64,000 nt of DNA from Antedon mediterranea. Taxonomy: Eukaryota; Animalia; Echinodermata. The stretch is from positions 3,596,001 to 3,660,000 of the forward strand of contig NC_092673.1 in the NCBI RefSeq assembly GCF_964355755.1. Direction: 5' to 3'. Made by a program: the position numbers and the translations under genes. The notes below the pieces were generated by a model. That model ran no database searches. It saw nothing but the letters and a program-made list of their open reading frames with translations, and had not been told where the DNA came from. This document shows, piece by piece, positions 63,726 through 64,000 of this stretch. The number at the start of each line of letters is the position of its first letter. Position 1 is the stretch's first letter.

Positions 63726-64000
63726 ATCAATGTAATGTTAAATAATCCTTTGATAAAAAAAAAACCCCTGTACTAGTAACAGTGTACAGGGATTTTTTAT
63801 AATATTATAATTAGAATAATGTTATGCGCATGTGGTATGCAAATACCCTTTCCTAGAGTAATGTGACATGAGCATAATGATATAGTCATGCACTGTGCTA
63901 CATGATCATTCACAATAATTGTGACCTACAGTGTGAATGTAATTGTCACATGGTCTGTGATGCTACATGTGACATGTGTATCAGACAATGCGTTCTGCAC

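Overview
AT-rich metazoan genomic DNA. An invertebrate deuterostome, probably an echinoderm, is inferred from the Deu/Nin-domain SINE, the abundant TAGGCCTA motif and vertebrate-like intron positions. Two spliced + strand genes were assembled by hand; the ORF track misses most of their exons. (1) An Nkx6-family homeobox gene with 3 coding exons (8740-9145, 15858-16042, 23451-23675; about 271 aa). (2) Casein kinase 1 alpha (42323-57483; about 335 aa). The main find is a tandem pair of 99-nt catalytic-loop exons in CK1alpha (52017-52115 HRDIKPDN and 52174-52272 HRDVKPDN), 58 nt apart, that look like an old mutually exclusive exon switch. Other finds: a G-quadruplex motif and an RBFOX site near that pair, two inverted MITEs placed symmetrically around CK1alpha exons 5-6 (circRNA candidate), and a four-fold NAGNAG acceptor in Nkx6. 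The rest is a tRNA/Deu-SINE, several MITE families (12 copies of a Harbinger-like one), a Harbinger deletion derivative with a Myb/SANT remnant, a 28-bp palindromic micro-insertion, minisatellites, and a 3.2-kb satellite built of two hairpin modules nested in a 46-bp array. All calls are by eye; no searches were run, and comparisons to vertebrate proteins are recalled from memory.
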